Shown: positions 47,883-58,237 of the stretch, one piece after another
Numbering within the stretch: the stretch's first letter is position 1
Layout: every line of letters begins with the position of its first letter
NCBI GenBank assembly: GCA_040218735.1
Contig: JAVJQW010000012.1
Span: 32,001-96,000, forward strand
Direction of reading: 5' to 3'
From: Deltaproteobacteria bacterium
GTDB lineage: Bacteria; Myxococcota; Kuafuiibacteriia; Kuafuiibacteriales; Kuafuiibacteriaceae
DNA length: 64,000 nt
Translations under genes and position numbers: made by a program
Notes under the pieces: generated by a model
The model's input: only the letters and a program-made list of their open reading frames with translations
The model's database searches: none
Told to the model about the DNA's origin: nothing

Positions 47883-50632
47883 GTCTGTCCGTCGTCCGCG
47901 GGCTTTCGCGCCCGCTCTACCACTTCGTCTTCTGGACCTGGAACGTGCTGCTCGGGACCGTCGTGTACTTCGGCCTCGTCCCCGCGCTGTTCACCGACTC
48001 GTTCCTCCGCGACGTCGCCGACTGGCCGGGGAGCTTCCTCGCCTTCCTCGCGCTGCTCGTGCTCGCGCCCATCACCGCGCTGACCATCGGCATCTTCCGA
48101 CTCCGCAAGGACGCCACGAAGCTCATTCGCCTGTTCTACGGCGTCGAAGCCCCGCTGTTCGTCCTCGCGCTGATCCGCATCTTCGCGTTCCGGCAACTCA
48201 CCCCCGCGACCGGGTGGCTGTTCGGCGCGCTCGTCCTCGGCGCGATCGCCCACGGCGTGCTGCTGCTCGTCGGCCCGGAGCGCCGCATCACGCGCGACGC
48301 GCTCCTCGTCGGCCAGACCGCGGGCGTGCTCATCGCCGCCTACGTCGCCGTGGTGCTGATGTTCTTCGTCGCCCCGGCGACCGTCGAGATCTGCCGCTCG
48401 CTCTTCGAGGGCGGGTTCATCCGCGACCTCGTGTTCGCGCGCTCGTTCCTCGCTCTCGTCGGCGCGATGCTCTTCATGTTCTCGGCGACGCTCTTCGTCG
48501 CCCTCCCGTTCGCGTTCATCCTCAGCCACATCGCCGGACTCAAGGAGCTCGTGCGCGCCGCCATCCTCGACGGCCGGGGCGTCCGCGCGCTGGTGACCGT
48601 CGCCCTCACGACCGTCCTCGGTGGCGGCATCACGACCTACCTCGTCGACGAGGGCGCCAAGACCCCCGAGACCCTCACGCGGCTCGCCGAGCTGCCCACC
48701 TCCGATGCCGAGCGCCGCGACCGCCTCGACGACGCTGCCACGATCCGCGACCGCCTCGTCGACGCGCACCTGTGGCGCTACCGCTACCTCGCTGCCAACG
48801 GCGAGGTCCGCGAGATCCGTCGCATGTACGAAGACACGCTCCCGTACGGCGCACGGCACCTCGCCCCCGACGTCCAGGCCGCCTTCGAAGACGTCGTCTC
48901 GCCCTTCCTCTACCCCGGCACCCGCGACGACGTCCGCGACGCCGAGCTTCGCTACGCCGAGTTCTTCGACGAGTCGATCCAACGCGGCGCCCGCGCCCAG
49001 CTCAAGGACGCGGTGAACGCGACCTTCGAGCGGGTCGACGTCGCCGCGAATCTCCTCGACGTCGACGAACGCGCCGTCCACCTCGTCGAGCAAACCATCA
49101 CCGTGAACCCCGACGACTTCGCCGCGGACGTGGAGATCTTCGAAGTCTACGAGAACCGCACCAAGCAGGACGTCGAGATCCTCTACACCTTCACGCTCCC
49201 CGACACCGCCGTCATCACCGGCCTCTGGCTCAACGAGCTGGCGCCCGACAAGGACAACGCCTTTGCCTTCCGCGTCTCCCCGCGCGGCGCCGCGCAGCGC
49301 GTCTACGAAGCCGAAGTGCGACGCCGCGTCGACCCCGCGCTCCTCGAACAGATCGGCCCTCGCCAGTATCGGCTCCGCGTCTTCCCGATCCCCGCGAGCC
49401 GCGACGAGCCTCGCCGCATGCACCTGTGGCTGACCTACCGCACGCTCCCCACCAACGACGGCTGGCCGCTCCCGCAGCTCCTCGAAGCGCGCAACGTCTT
49501 CTGGGACGACGACACCAAGCGCACCGTCGCGGGCGAACAGACGGACGGCGAGTACGCCTGGAGCAGCACGACCATCGAGATGGACGTGCCCGAACCACGT
49601 CGTCGCGTGTTCGCGGTGGGCGACGCGCAGATCGTCGCGACGCCCCTCGACGGCGACGTCGGCCTCCCGCGCGGCGGTCGAAACTACGCGGTCGTCCTCG
49701 ATCGCTCCTACTCCATGCACGAGGTCGAGGACGAGCTCGACGACGCCTTCGCTTGGCTGCGGGAGAACGTCTACCCGCGTTCGAACGTCGACGTGTACCT
49801 CACCGCGGCGCCCACCCGCGGCGCTCCGGCGCAGCGCGTGGACGACGCGACGAGCTACGACGTCACGTCCGAGATCTTCTACGGCGGCCAGTCGACGACC
49901 TCGATGATGCAGCAGGCGATCGAGCTCGCGGAGGACGCCGACATCGCGTGCCCGTTCGGCAAGACCGGCATCGACTGCTACGACGCCGTCCTCTTCTTCA
50001 CCGACCGCGGCCGGATGGAGATGGAGAGCGGCGGCGCCCTCGCCTACGACGGCGACGCACCGCTCTGGATGATCCACCTCGGCGGCACCGTCGCCGTCGG
50101 CTACGACGACGCCGTCACCGAGGCGATGCAGAAGAGCGCCGGCGGCGTCGCCACGACCCCGGCCGAGGCCTTCGCACACTTCGCGCTCGCCGAGCAGACG
50201 AGCGAAGCCTTCATCGGCTTCGGGGGCGGCTACCGGTGGACCCTCGAGAACGGCACCGGCGGTGCGACCGACCCGATCGCCGCGCGCCAGTTCGTCCGGG
50301 CGGCGATCCAGACGCAGGATGTCTCAGATCGTGACGTGCTCCAGCGTATCCACAGCGTGGCGACGCGCGCGAAGATCGTCACGCCGTACTCGTCGATGAT
50401 CGTCTTGGTCATGGACCGGCAGCACCAGGCGCTCGACATCGCCGAGAATCAGGCCGATGCGTTCGATCGGCGCACGAACACGGACGGCACCGCCCTCCCG
50501 CAACCGGGGGACGCCCTCGGGCTCACCGGAACGCCGGAGCCCGAAGTGTGGGCGCTCCTCCTGATGGGCCTGATGATGCTGTTCGTGATGCACCGGCGGT
50601 CCCTCAACTTCGGAGTACGCGATCCGAATTAG
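47879..50632 (+). CDS. PEP-CTERM integral membrane protein (TIGR02921-like; VIT and VWA-like domains)
   Basis: N-terminal TMs; PRGAAQRVY..DPALLEQ..YRLRVFPI; LDRSYSM; VTPYSSMIVL; C-terminal TPEPEVW-hydrophobic-HRR. Confidence 0.87.
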   Translation: MSLSVVRGLSRPLYHFVFWTWNVLLGTVVYFGLVPALFTDSFLRDVADWPGSFLAFLALLVLAPITALTIGIFRLRKDATKLIRLFYGVEAPLFVLALIRIFAFRQLTPATGWLFGALVLGAIAHGVLLLVGPERRITRDALLVGQTAGVLIAAYVAVVLMFFVAPATVEICRSLFEGGFIRDLVFARSFLALVGAMLFMFSATLFVALPFAFILSHIAGLKELVRAAILDGRGVRALVTVALTTVLGGGITTYLVDEGAKTPETLTRLAELPTSDAERRDRLDDAATIRDRLVDAHLWRYRYLAANGEVREIRRMYEDTLPYGARHLAPDVQAAFEDVVSPFLYPGTRDDVRDAELRYAEFFDESIQRGARAQLKDAVNATFERVDVAANLLDVDERAVHLVEQTITVNPDDFAADVEIFEVYENRTKQDVEILYTFTLPDTAVITGLWLNELAPDKDNAFAFRVSPRGAAQRVYEAEVRRRVDPALLEQIGPRQYRLRVFPIPASRDEPRRMHLWLTYRTLPTNDGWPLPQLLEARNVFWDDDTKRTVAGEQTDGEYAWSSTTIEMDVPEPRRRVFAVGDAQIVATPLDGDVGLPRGGRNYAVVLDRSYSMHEVEDELDDAFAWLRENVYPRSNVDVYLTAAPTRGAPAQRVDDATSYDVTSEIFYGGQSTTSMMQQAIELAEDADIACPFGKTGIDCYDAVLFFTDRGRMEMESGGALAYDGDAPLWMIHLGGTVAVGYDDAVTEAMQKSAGGVATTPAEAFAHFALAEQTSEAFIGFGGGYRWTLENGTGGATDPIAARQFVRAAIQTQDVSDRDVLQRIHSVATRAKIVTPYSSMIVLVMDRQHQALDIAENQADAFDRRTNTDGTALPQPGDALGLTGTPEPEVWALLLMGLMMLFVMHRRSLNFGVRDPN

Positions 50633-50640
50633 AGGAGACG

Positions 50641-50991
50641 ATGGAAGTACCCGTGCTCGACCGCGCCCGGCTCGAAGACGCCTCCGCCGGCGACGAGGAG
50701 TTCCTCCGAGAGCTCGTCGACATCTACGTCGAGGACGCCGAAGAGCGCCTCGCGGAGATCAAGGAGGCGCTGATCAGCGCCGACGAGGAGGCGCTCGGAC
50801 GCACCGCCCACCAGCTGAAGGGTTCGAGCGCAAACATGGGCGTCGTGTGCGTCGCGGACCACGCGAAGAAGATGGAGGACCTCGCCCGCGAGCACGCGAT
50901 CGCCGACGCCGCGGAGATCCTCCCGAGCCTCGAGCACGAGCTCGGACGCGCCCGCGCCGCCCTGTTCGAAATGGCCGGCACCTCCGTTTGA
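50641..50991 (+). CDS. Stand-alone Hpt phosphotransfer protein
   Basis: GAGGAG RBS; AHQLKGSSANMG. Confidence 0.92.
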   Translation: MEVPVLDRARLEDASAGDEEFLRELVDIYVEDAEERLAEIKEALISADEEALGRTAHQLKGSSANMGVVCVADHAKKMEDLAREHAIADAAEILPSLEHELGRARAALFEMAGTSV

Positions 50992-51022
50992 CCTGTCGCC
51001 CGACGCCCTCGATCATCACGCG

Positions 51023-51721
51023 GTGATCGACGAAGGCCTCGACATCCTCGCGCGCCGAAACGCCGGCGCGCTCACGCCCCTCGCCTTCCTCGACTTGGAC
51101 GTCCCGCTGTGGCCCGGGCTGCACGTGGTAACGGGCGACGTCGGCGTCGGCAAGTCTCAGCTCGCGCTACAGGCCGCGATCTGCGCCGCGCGCCACGGCG
51201 TCGTCACCGCGGTGAACACCCCGCTCGCCTCGGTCGCGGAGACGACCGCGCGCCTGCTCGGGCTCGTGAATGGTGCGAGCTGGAGCGCGATCTACGCGGG
51301 TGACCTCAGCGTCGACGCGGGCGCGCTCTCCTCCCTCCCGCTCGCGATCCGCGCCGCGCCGACGGACGAGACACTCGTGGTCACCGATCGTTGCCCGCGC
51401 CACATCGATCGTGATCGCGAGCAGACCGTCATCGCGACCGTCGACGCCCCCATCACGGTCGACGCCGCCTCCCTGATGGACCTCCCCGCGGACCGCGTCC
51501 TCGCGCACGTGCAGATCGACCCCGAGCTCGTCGCCGCCGCCGACACCATGTTCGTGCTGGCGACGATGCCACCGCACGAGCCGGGCGCGTGGCGTGGGGC
51601 GCGGCTCGCCGTCGCGCACCGCCGCGCGGGGGTGCCACGTTGGATCGATCTACGCTTCGACGGGACGCGCTTCGAGCGCGAGGCGGAGGAGATTCAGATC
51701 GAGTTCGACGCGGAGTCGTGA
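51023..51721 (+). CDS. Degenerate DnaB-like RecA-fold domain protein
   Basis: Walker A GDVGVGKS; ARLL; AADTMFVL; LAVAHRRAG..LRFDG. Confidence 0.6.
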   Translation: MIDEGLDILARRNAGALTPLAFLDLDVPLWPGLHVVTGDVGVGKSQLALQAAICAARHGVVTAVNTPLASVAETTARLLGLVNGASWSAIYAGDLSVDAGALSSLPLAIRAAPTDETLVVTDRCPRHIDRDREQTVIATVDAPITVDAASLMDLPADRVLAHVQIDPELVAAADTMFVLATMPPHEPGAWRGARLAVAHRRAGVPRWIDLRFDGTRFEREAEEIQIEFDAES

Positions 51722-52740
51722 TCGCGCACGAGCTCGCAGACGGCGTCGACCCAGCGCGGGTGCGCGTTGAGCGAAGGGATCAGCTTGAGGTCCTCGCCGC
51801 CCGCCTCGACGAACTGCTCCTTCGCCCGCATCTCGAGCTCTTCGAGCGTCTCGAGGCAGTCCGCGACGAACGCGGGTGAGAACACCGCGAGGCGCTTCTT
51901 ACCGGCCGCCGCGAGCTCGTCGAGTACGACGTCCGTGTACGGTTTGATCCACGGCGTTCGACCGAGGCGCGACTGGAAGGAGACGCCGTGTCCTTCGGCG
52001 GACAGTGACAGTCGATCGACCAGGGCGCGTGTCGTCGCGAAGCACTGCGCGCGGTAGCAGTAGCGGTTCGCCTCGACCATCGCGTCGCAGCAGCTCTCGG
52101 ACGCGAGGCAGTGGCTCCCCGTCGGGTCGCTCTTCAGCATGTGGCGCTCCGGGAGGCCGTGGTAGCTGAACAGCACGTAGTCGGCGCCGAAGTCGTCGAG
52201 CACCGGCTTCGACACCTGCACGAAGGCATCGATGAAGCTCGGGTGGTCGAAGAACGGAGGGACGGTGTCGATGTTCGGGACGTTCCAGCGCTGGGCCATC
52301 AGCTCGAGGAAGCGCTCCAACGCCGAGCCGGTGGCGGCCGACGAATACTGCGGGAAGAGCGGCAACACGACGATGCGCTCGAAGTGCGCGAGCTTCTCGA
52401 TGGCGGCGGGGATCGACGGCTCGCCGTAGCGCATCGCGAGCACGACCTCGTACCGATCGCCGAGCTTCTCCGCGACGCGATCGCGGAGGTCTTCGCTGTG
52501 GAAGAGCAGCGGCGAGCCGCGCTCGGTCCAGATCTTCGCGTACGCCTCGCCGGACTGCTTCGGCCTGAACGGGAGAATCGCGAAGTTGAGCAGCGCCCAG
52601 CGGCCGACGGGGTTGATGTCGATGACTCGCGGATCGCTGAGGAACTCGCGCAGGTACACACGTACGTCGCCCGGTTCGGGAGACTTCGGCGTGCCGAGGT
52701 TGATCAGGCACACCCCGGTCTTGTCTGACGCGTGGGACAT
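51694..52740 (-). CDS. hemH: Ferrochelatase
   Basis: NLGTP, FLSDPRV, MRYGEP, PLFPQYS, FSYHGLP, FQSRLG, FVADCLETLEE. Confidence 0.96.
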   Translation of the reverse strand: MSHASDKTGVCLINLGTPKSPEPGDVRVYLREFLSDPRVIDINPVGRWALLNFAILPFRPKQSGEAYAKIWTERGSPLLFHSEDLRDRVAEKLGDRYEVVLAMRYGEPSIPAAIEKLAHFERIVVLPLFPQYSSAATGSALERFLELMAQRWNVPNIDTVPPFFDHPSFIDAFVQVSKPVLDDFGADYVLFSYHGLPERHMLKSDPTGSHCLASESCCDAMVEANRYCYRAQCFATTRALVDRLSLSAEGHGVSFQSRLGRTPWIKPYTDVVLDELAAAGKKRLAVFSPAFVADCLETLEELEMRAKEQFVEAGGEDLKLIPSLNAHPRWVDAVCELVRDHDSASNSI

Positions 52741-52784
52741 GCGGGGCTTTTAGTCCAAGCGGGGCATCGTGCAAACTTCACCGT

Positions 52785-53639
52785 TCACCGGATCGGCCCG
52801 AGGCCGTGCGCGTAGGGGCTGGGCCGAAGGAGCGAGGCGAGGCGGACGTTGGCCGCGTGGGCGATCGGCCCGTCGAAGGTGTGGCTCGCGATGGCGGCGA
52901 CTCCGGGCGCCCGCGCCGCGAGATCCAGGCACGCAATCAGGCCGCCCAGGACCATCGGCTTGAGGACGATCGCGACCACCTCGGGGTGCGCGGCGCGCTC
53001 GATGCCCTCGGGGTGTCGGAGGGATTCGTCCAAAGCGACCGGGACATCGAGGTCGATCCCGGGCTCCTCCACGAGCTCCACCGGGAGGCCCCGGAAGCGG
53101 TCGGCGTCCTCGGGGCGCAGCGTCCCGTTGGCGTCGACGCGCACCTTCACCCGTTCGGCGGCGCGGCGAACGGCGGAGAGCTCGGTGCCGAGGTCGCGCC
53201 CGATCTTGATCTTCACGGTGCGAGCGCCGGCTTCGATCGCGCGTTCGAGCGAGGCGGGATCGTAGGCGTCGACGAGGTGCGCGGAGTCGAAGGTTCGCGA
53301 GGGTGCGCCCCACGGGTCGCCGACGAGATCGATCAGCGCGGTCTCCACGCCGAAGCGGACGGAGGGCACCACGATCGGCGTGAGGAGCTCGCGGAGCGTG
53401 TCCACGTTTCGCACGACGTCGGCGTCGACGAGGTCGAGCGCCGCGAGCGCTGCCTCGGCCTCTTCGTAGGTGTCGGGCGCGTAGCCCTCGAGGGGCGCGG
53501 CGACGCCCACGCCGGTCATGTCGTCGGCGAAGACCGTGATGCGGAGCCCGCGCCGTTCGCCGAAGCGCTGCTTCGCGTTGCCCGCGCCGACCGGCGCGCG
53601 CCACACCAGCGGCTCCACTTCGACGCGTTCAATCCTCAC
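52785..53639 (-). CDS. menC: o-Succinylbenzoate synthase
   Basis: KIKIG, RVDANG, VEEP, ALDES, VLKPM; position in men operon. Confidence 0.8.
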   Translation of the reverse strand: MRIERVEVEPLVWRAPVGAGNAKQRFGERRGLRITVFADDMTGVGVAAPLEGYAPDTYEEAEAALAALDLVDADVVRNVDTLRELLTPIVVPSVRFGVETALIDLVGDPWGAPSRTFDSAHLVDAYDPASLERAIEAGARTVKIKIGRDLGTELSAVRRAAERVKVRVDANGTLRPEDADRFRGLPVELVEEPGIDLDVPVALDESLRHPEGIERAAHPEVVAIVLKPMVLGGLIACLDLAARAPGVAAIASHTFDGPIAHAANVRLASLLRPSPYAHGLGPIR

Positions 53640-54508
53640 ACGGCGATCCCGACCGCGAAGAGCACCGAGAAAACGAGCAGGAGCTTCGCGGTGCCGGCGA
53701 GCGCGCCGTTGAGCACGACGCCCTCCTCGCGCCGGACGACGAGCCACTGCTTCAGCGCCAACGGGATCGTCACGAGCGGGAGCAAGATCCAAGGCGAGGC
53801 CAGCGCCAGCCCCCACATCACGATCGGCGTGGCGTAGGACGTGAGGATCAGCACCAGCCACTCCGCGCGCGCGAAGCCGCCGCCGAAGCGCACCGCGAGC
53901 GTTCGTTTGTCGGCGTGCACGTCCTGGTGGCGATCGCGGAGGTTGTTCACTGCGAGGATCGCCGTCGCGAGCGCACCCACGGGGATGCTCGCGAGGGCGC
54001 CGCGGACGGTGACCGCGTCGGTCTGCACGTACGACGTCCCGAGGACCGCGACGAACCCGAAGAAGAGGATGACGAACACGTCGCCGAGGCCGACGTACGC
54101 GAGCGGATACGGCCCGGCGGTGTAGAGGATGCCGCTCGCGATCGACAACACGCCAATCGCCACGATCACCGGCCCGGAGATCCACGTGAGGTACACGCCG
54201 CAGAGCGTCGCGAAGAGGAACGCGACGATCATCCCGAGGCGAACGGCACCCGGTGACAGCAGCCCCGCGGCGACGGCGCGCGTCGGCCCCAGGCGCTCCT
54301 CGGTGTCGGCGCCCTTCTCGTAGTCGAACACGTCGTTCGCGAAGTTGGTGCCGATCTGAATCGCCATCGCCCCGAACAGCGCGGCGAGCGCAGCGGGCCA
54401 GCGCAGCTCGCCCTCCGCAAACGCGACCGAGGTCCCGACCGCCACGGGAGCGACGGCCGCGGTGAGCGTCGCGGGACGCGACGCGAGCAACCAAGCGCGT
54501 GCGCTCAC
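53636..54508 (-). CDS. menA: DHNA polyprenyltransferase
   Basis: [43 protein letters not shown]. Confidence 0.95.
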   Translation of the reverse strand: MSARAWLLASRPATLTAAVAPVAVGTSVAFAEGELRWPAALAALFGAMAIQIGTNFANDVFDYEKGADTEERLGPTRAVAAGLLSPGAVRLGMIVAFLFATLCGVYLTWISGPVIVAIGVLSIASGILYTAGPYPLAYVGLGDVFVILFFGFVAVLGTSYVQTDAVTVRGALASIPVGALATAILAVNNLRDRHQDVHADKRTLAVRFGGGFARAEWLVLILTSYATPIVMWGLALASPWILLPLVTIPLALKQWLVVRREEGVVLNGALAGTAKLLLVFSVLFAVGIAV

Positions 54509-56172
54509 GAGCGTACCTCCTCGCGCAGGGCCTTCAGCATCGGCGCGGCGTCGCTCGGCGGGACGCGCGCGTGGACGACGGTCGCGCCCCGTCGTTGGAA
54601 GCCTTCGGCCAGCGCGGCGCGGAGCGCGGCTTCGTCGTCGACGCTCCGGTAAGCGACGCCGAACGCCTTCGCGGCGCTCTCGAAGTCGATGCGCGGCGGC
54701 GTCGTGAAACACGCGAGCACGGCGGGCGGGGGATCGGTGTCCATGAGCGGGAGCATCTCGAAGATGCGGCCGCCGTCGTTGTCGATCACCACGACGACCA
54801 AGGGCGACTCGGCGCGCGCGAGGAGCGCGAGGGAGCCGACGTCGTGCGCAAACGTAACGTCTCCGATCAACACCGCGAGCGGGCCTTCGCTACGGGACGC
54901 AGCCCCCGCCCCGCCCGCGAGCATGCCGTCGATCCCGTTGACGCCGCGCTGATGCAAGACAGGTTGCACAAACGGATCCGCATAGAGATCGAGGTGGCGG
55001 ATCGCGAGGCTGTTGCCGACGAAGATCGAGGCCTCTTCGGGGAGCGCCGCGGCAACGGCGCGGGTGACGTTCGCCTCGGACCACGAACGCTGGGCGATGA
55101 GACCGCGCACCCGGCGGTCCTGCTCGCGCCAGCGGTTCAGCCATTCGGGTTCGGCGCGGCTCTCGGCTTCGAGCAGCGACGCGGCCGTCGCTTCGATGTC
55201 TCCGACCACGATCTGCGTCGCGCCGCCGAACGGCTCGGAGTCGGCGGTCTCGTCGATGACGAACGTCGGCACGTCGCGGTGGCGCGCGAAGAACTTCGGC
55301 CACGCGGTCGGCGTCGGCGGCGCGCCGAACCGGATGACGACGTCGGGGGCCAGGTCGTCGCGCGTGAGCAAGACGTCCGCGGTGGAGATCGCATCGGCGC
55401 TCCGGAGCTGACTCGCGACGTCCGCGAGCAGCGGCGCACCAATGTGCTCCGCGAAGCGTGCCACGGCGCCGTGACGACGGCGCATTGGACCGGCGACGAC
55501 GAGCGGGCGCTCCGCGGTCTGTAGCGCCTCGACGACCGCTGCGACGGCCCCGGCCTGCGGGCGAGCCGCGTCGATGTGCACCAGGTTCGCGAGCCGTTCG
55601 TCGACCGCGCGCTCCAACGCCAGCTCCGCCTCCATCGTCGCGTCGAACGCTTCCAGCGGCTTGCGCGCGCGGAAGTTCACGTGCACCGGACCCTTCCGAG
55701 CGTAATGCACCGCGCGCGCCGCGCTGCGGGCGAGCCCGTCGAGCGCCTCCGGATTCGCGTCGGGGAGCCCCAGCTCGATCTCGGCGAGGACGTGGCGTCC
55801 GAACAGACCGCGTTGGTCCATCGCCTGGGGCGCACCGACGTCGACCAGCTCGAACGGTCGGTCCGCAGTGACGACGATCAGCGGCAGCCGCGAAGCCTCG
55901 GCTTCGAGCACCGCCGGATAGAAGTGCCCGCCCGCCGTGCCCGACGTACAGAACACCGCCGTCGGGCGCTCCGTGACCCGGGCCTGCCCGAGCGCGAAGA
56001 ACGCCGCGGCGCGCTCGTCGAGGATCGAGTGGATCCGAAGGGCGGTCTCGCGAACGGCCGCCACGATCAACGGCGTGTTGCGCGACCCCGGCGCGATGAC
56101 GACGTCCTCGACCCCGGCGCGACGCAGGGCACCGACGAACAGCCGCGACCAGGCGGTGAGGAGGTTCTTCAC
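54505..56172 (-). CDS. menD: SEPHCHC synthase
   Basis: [47 protein letters not shown]. Confidence 0.95.
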   Translation of the reverse strand: MKNLLTAWSRLFVGALRRAGVEDVVIAPGSRNTPLIVAAVRETALRIHSILDERAAAFFALGQARVTERPTAVFCTSGTAGGHFYPAVLEAEASRLPLIVVTADRPFELVDVGAPQAMDQRGLFGRHVLAEIELGLPDANPEALDGLARSAARAVHYARKGPVHVNFRARKPLEAFDATMEAELALERAVDERLANLVHIDAARPQAGAVAAVVEALQTAERPLVVAGPMRRRHGAVARFAEHIGAPLLADVASQLRSADAISTADVLLTRDDLAPDVVIRFGAPPTPTAWPKFFARHRDVPTFVIDETADSEPFGGATQIVVGDIEATAASLLEAESRAEPEWLNRWREQDRRVRGLIAQRSWSEANVTRAVAAALPEEASIFVGNSLAIRHLDLYADPFVQPVLHQRGVNGIDGMLAGGAGAASRSEGPLAVLIGDVTFAHDVGSLALLARAESPLVVVVIDNDGGRIFEMLPLMDTDPPPAVLACFTTPPRIDFESAAKAFGVAYRSVDDEAALRAALAEGFQRRGATVVHARVPPSDAAPMLKALREEVRS

Positions 56173-57521
56173 GACGCCTCGTCCGTACGGAGCGCGTCGA
56201 GCATCGTCTGCTCCTTCGCGATGGTCTCCGCGAGCTCGGCCGCCGGCTCCGAATCCGAGACGATGCCCGCGCCGACGAAGACACGTGCGCGCCGGCCTTC
56301 CACGAGCGCGCTCCGCAGCGCTACGAACAGCTCGCCGGATCCTTCCGTGTCGAACGCACCGACCGCGCCCGCGTACCAACCCCGCGGACGCTGCTCGGCG
56401 GCGCGGATCGTTCGCAACGCGACGCCGAGCGGGGCGCCGCCGATCGCGGACGTGGGGTAGAGCGCGTCGGCGACACGAAGGACGTGCATCGGCGCGAGGA
56501 GGCGGCTCTCGACGGGGGTGACGAGGTGGACGATGTGCGGGAGCGTTCGGGTCTGCGGACGGTCGGGCGCGACCACGGCTTCGGAGAGCGGCTCGAGGCG
56601 ATCGCGGATCCAGCGGACGACGTGCCGGTGTTCTTCGAGGTTCTTCGTCGACGCCAGCTCATCTTTCGACGCCGCGGTGCCGGCGAGGGCCTCCGTCGTC
56701 GCCTGCCGTCCGTGCACGCGGACGAGGCGCTCCGGGGAAGCGCCCAGGAACGTCTTGCCCGCCGTGCGAACCGCGAACACGAGCGCCGGCGACGGCTTCG
56801 CGAGCGCAGAGAGGACCCGCGCCGGCGAGAACGGAACGTCGGCTTCGACGACCGTCTCGCGCGCGAGCACGACCTTGTCGACCTCCCGCGCGCGGATGCG
56901 ATCGACGGCCTCGCCGACCGCGCGAACGTAGCGCTCGGCATCAGCGCGCGTGACGTGCGTGGTCCCGACGGGCGGTGCGAGCACCCCCCTCCGCAACGCG
57001 GCGAGGATGGACGCGTACTCGGCGACGACCCGCCCCGCCATCCGCGGCGCCTCCGCGGCGAGCAACACCAACCGGAGTGAAGCGACGTCACGGTCGCGCC
57101 GGTACGTCCAACGCGGCACGACGAAGCGTGCCGAACCGAACCGCGCCCAGTCGCCGTGTGCAGGCTCGGGCTCGAACGCGAAGCCCCCCAAGAACTGCAC
57201 GGGCCCCGCATCGGCCCCGTCCAGCGCGACACGATCGTAGGCCTTCGTGAACGTGTCCGCGCGGCGCTGAACGTCCGCGAGGCGTTCAGGCCCCTGGGAC
57301 GTCGCGGCGACCGCGACGCCGAGACCCACGACCACCGCTTCGTCGCGCGGCGCGAACAAGATCGCGTCCTCGTCGGGGACCGCTTCGAGCAGCGCCTCGG
57401 TCACCCCGAGCGGGGCCGGCAGCTCGATGACCGCGTACGGGCGCGAACCGGTCCACCCGGACACGGCGTCGAAGAGCGCGCGCGTCTCGTCGGGGGCGCC
57501 GGGGCGCGCGGACGGGTTCAT
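56169..57521 (-). CDS. menF: Isochorismate synthase
   Basis: KVVLAR, GASPERL, EALAGT, KNLEEH, RGWYAG, GAGIV. Confidence 0.9.
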   Translation of the reverse strand: MNPSARPGAPDETRALFDAVSGWTGSRPYAVIELPAPLGVTEALLEAVPDEDAILFAPRDEAVVVGLGVAVAATSQGPERLADVQRRADTFTKAYDRVALDGADAGPVQFLGGFAFEPEPAHGDWARFGSARFVVPRWTYRRDRDVASLRLVLLAAEAPRMAGRVVAEYASILAALRRGVLAPPVGTTHVTRADAERYVRAVGEAVDRIRAREVDKVVLARETVVEADVPFSPARVLSALAKPSPALVFAVRTAGKTFLGASPERLVRVHGRQATTEALAGTAASKDELASTKNLEEHRHVVRWIRDRLEPLSEAVVAPDRPQTRTLPHIVHLVTPVESRLLAPMHVLRVADALYPTSAIGGAPLGVALRTIRAAEQRPRGWYAGAVGAFDTEGSGELFVALRSALVEGRRARVFVGAGIVSDSEPAAELAETIAKEQTMLDALRTDEAS

Positions 57522-58237
57522 GCGTCGACCTCGCGTCGCTTGCCGACGAACAGCACACAGGCGCCGAAGGTCAGCGGCTCGACGAGCTCCACCTCGAAGC
57601 CCGCACGGACGAGCCGGTCCTCGAACGTCTCGACCGAGTCGAACGCTTCGATCGACTCGCGCAGGTACTTGTACTCGCCGTGGCTCGACAGCAGCGCGCC
57701 GATCGCCGGCACGCCGTACTTCACGTGCAGGCGCGCCATCGCCGCGAGGAACCCGTTCTTCGGCTCCGACAGCTCCAGCACCGCGAGGCGCCCGCCGGGC
57801 ACGAGCACGCGGCAGATCTCCTTCAGCGCGAGGTCGCGGTCGGGGACGTTGCGGATCCCGAACGCCATGGTCGCGCGATCGAACGAGCCGTCCGCGAACT
57901 GGAGCGCCTGGGCGTCACCCTCGACGAGCTCGATCCGGTCCGCGTGGCCGCTTCGTTCGATCTTGCCCCGGCCGACGTCGAGCATGTTGGTCGACGGGTC
58001 GAGGCCCACGACGCGCACGTCGGCGAGCTGATCCGCGATCATCGTCGGGAGGTCGGCGGTGCCGGTCGCGAGATCGAGGACGCGGTGCCCCGGCAGGATC
58101 GAGAGCGCCTCGATCATCCGACGGCGCCACGATCGATCGAGCCCCAGCGAGTTGATTCGATTCAGTAGATCGTAGCGCTGCGCGATGGCGTCGAACATGC
58201 GCCCCGATCCGTCGGGCGACTGTGCGGTGGCGTTCAT
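57518..58237 (-). CDS. menG: Demethylmenaquinone methyltransferase (MenG/UbiE)
   Basis: MFDAIAQRYDLLN, LDLATGTAD, FGIRNV, YLRESI. Confidence 0.93.
   Translation of the reverse strand: MNATAQSPDGSGRMFDAIAQRYDLLNRINSLGLDRSWRRRMIEALSILPGHRVLDLATGTADLPTMIADQLADVRVVGLDPSTNMLDVGRGKIERSGHADRIELVEGDAQALQFADGSFDRATMAFGIRNVPDRDLALKEICRVLVPGGRLAVLELSEPKNGFLAAMARLHVKYGVPAIGALLSSHGEYKYLRESIEAFDSVETFEDRLVRAGFEVELVEPLTFGACVLFVGKRREVDA

Noticed and set aside
47609-50179. 856-aa minus-strand ORF and similar long shadows throughout
   Set aside because: Antisense to well-supported genes; expected in high-GC DNA
32252-51721. Repeated short tail-to-tail overlaps of convergent genes (32252-32277, 41943-41958, 51694-51721)
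   Set aside because: Common in compact high-GC genomes; no specific signal
56169-57521. Siderophore/secondary-metabolite isochorismate synthase
   Set aside because: Coupled between menG and menD; no NRPS or ent/dhb genes
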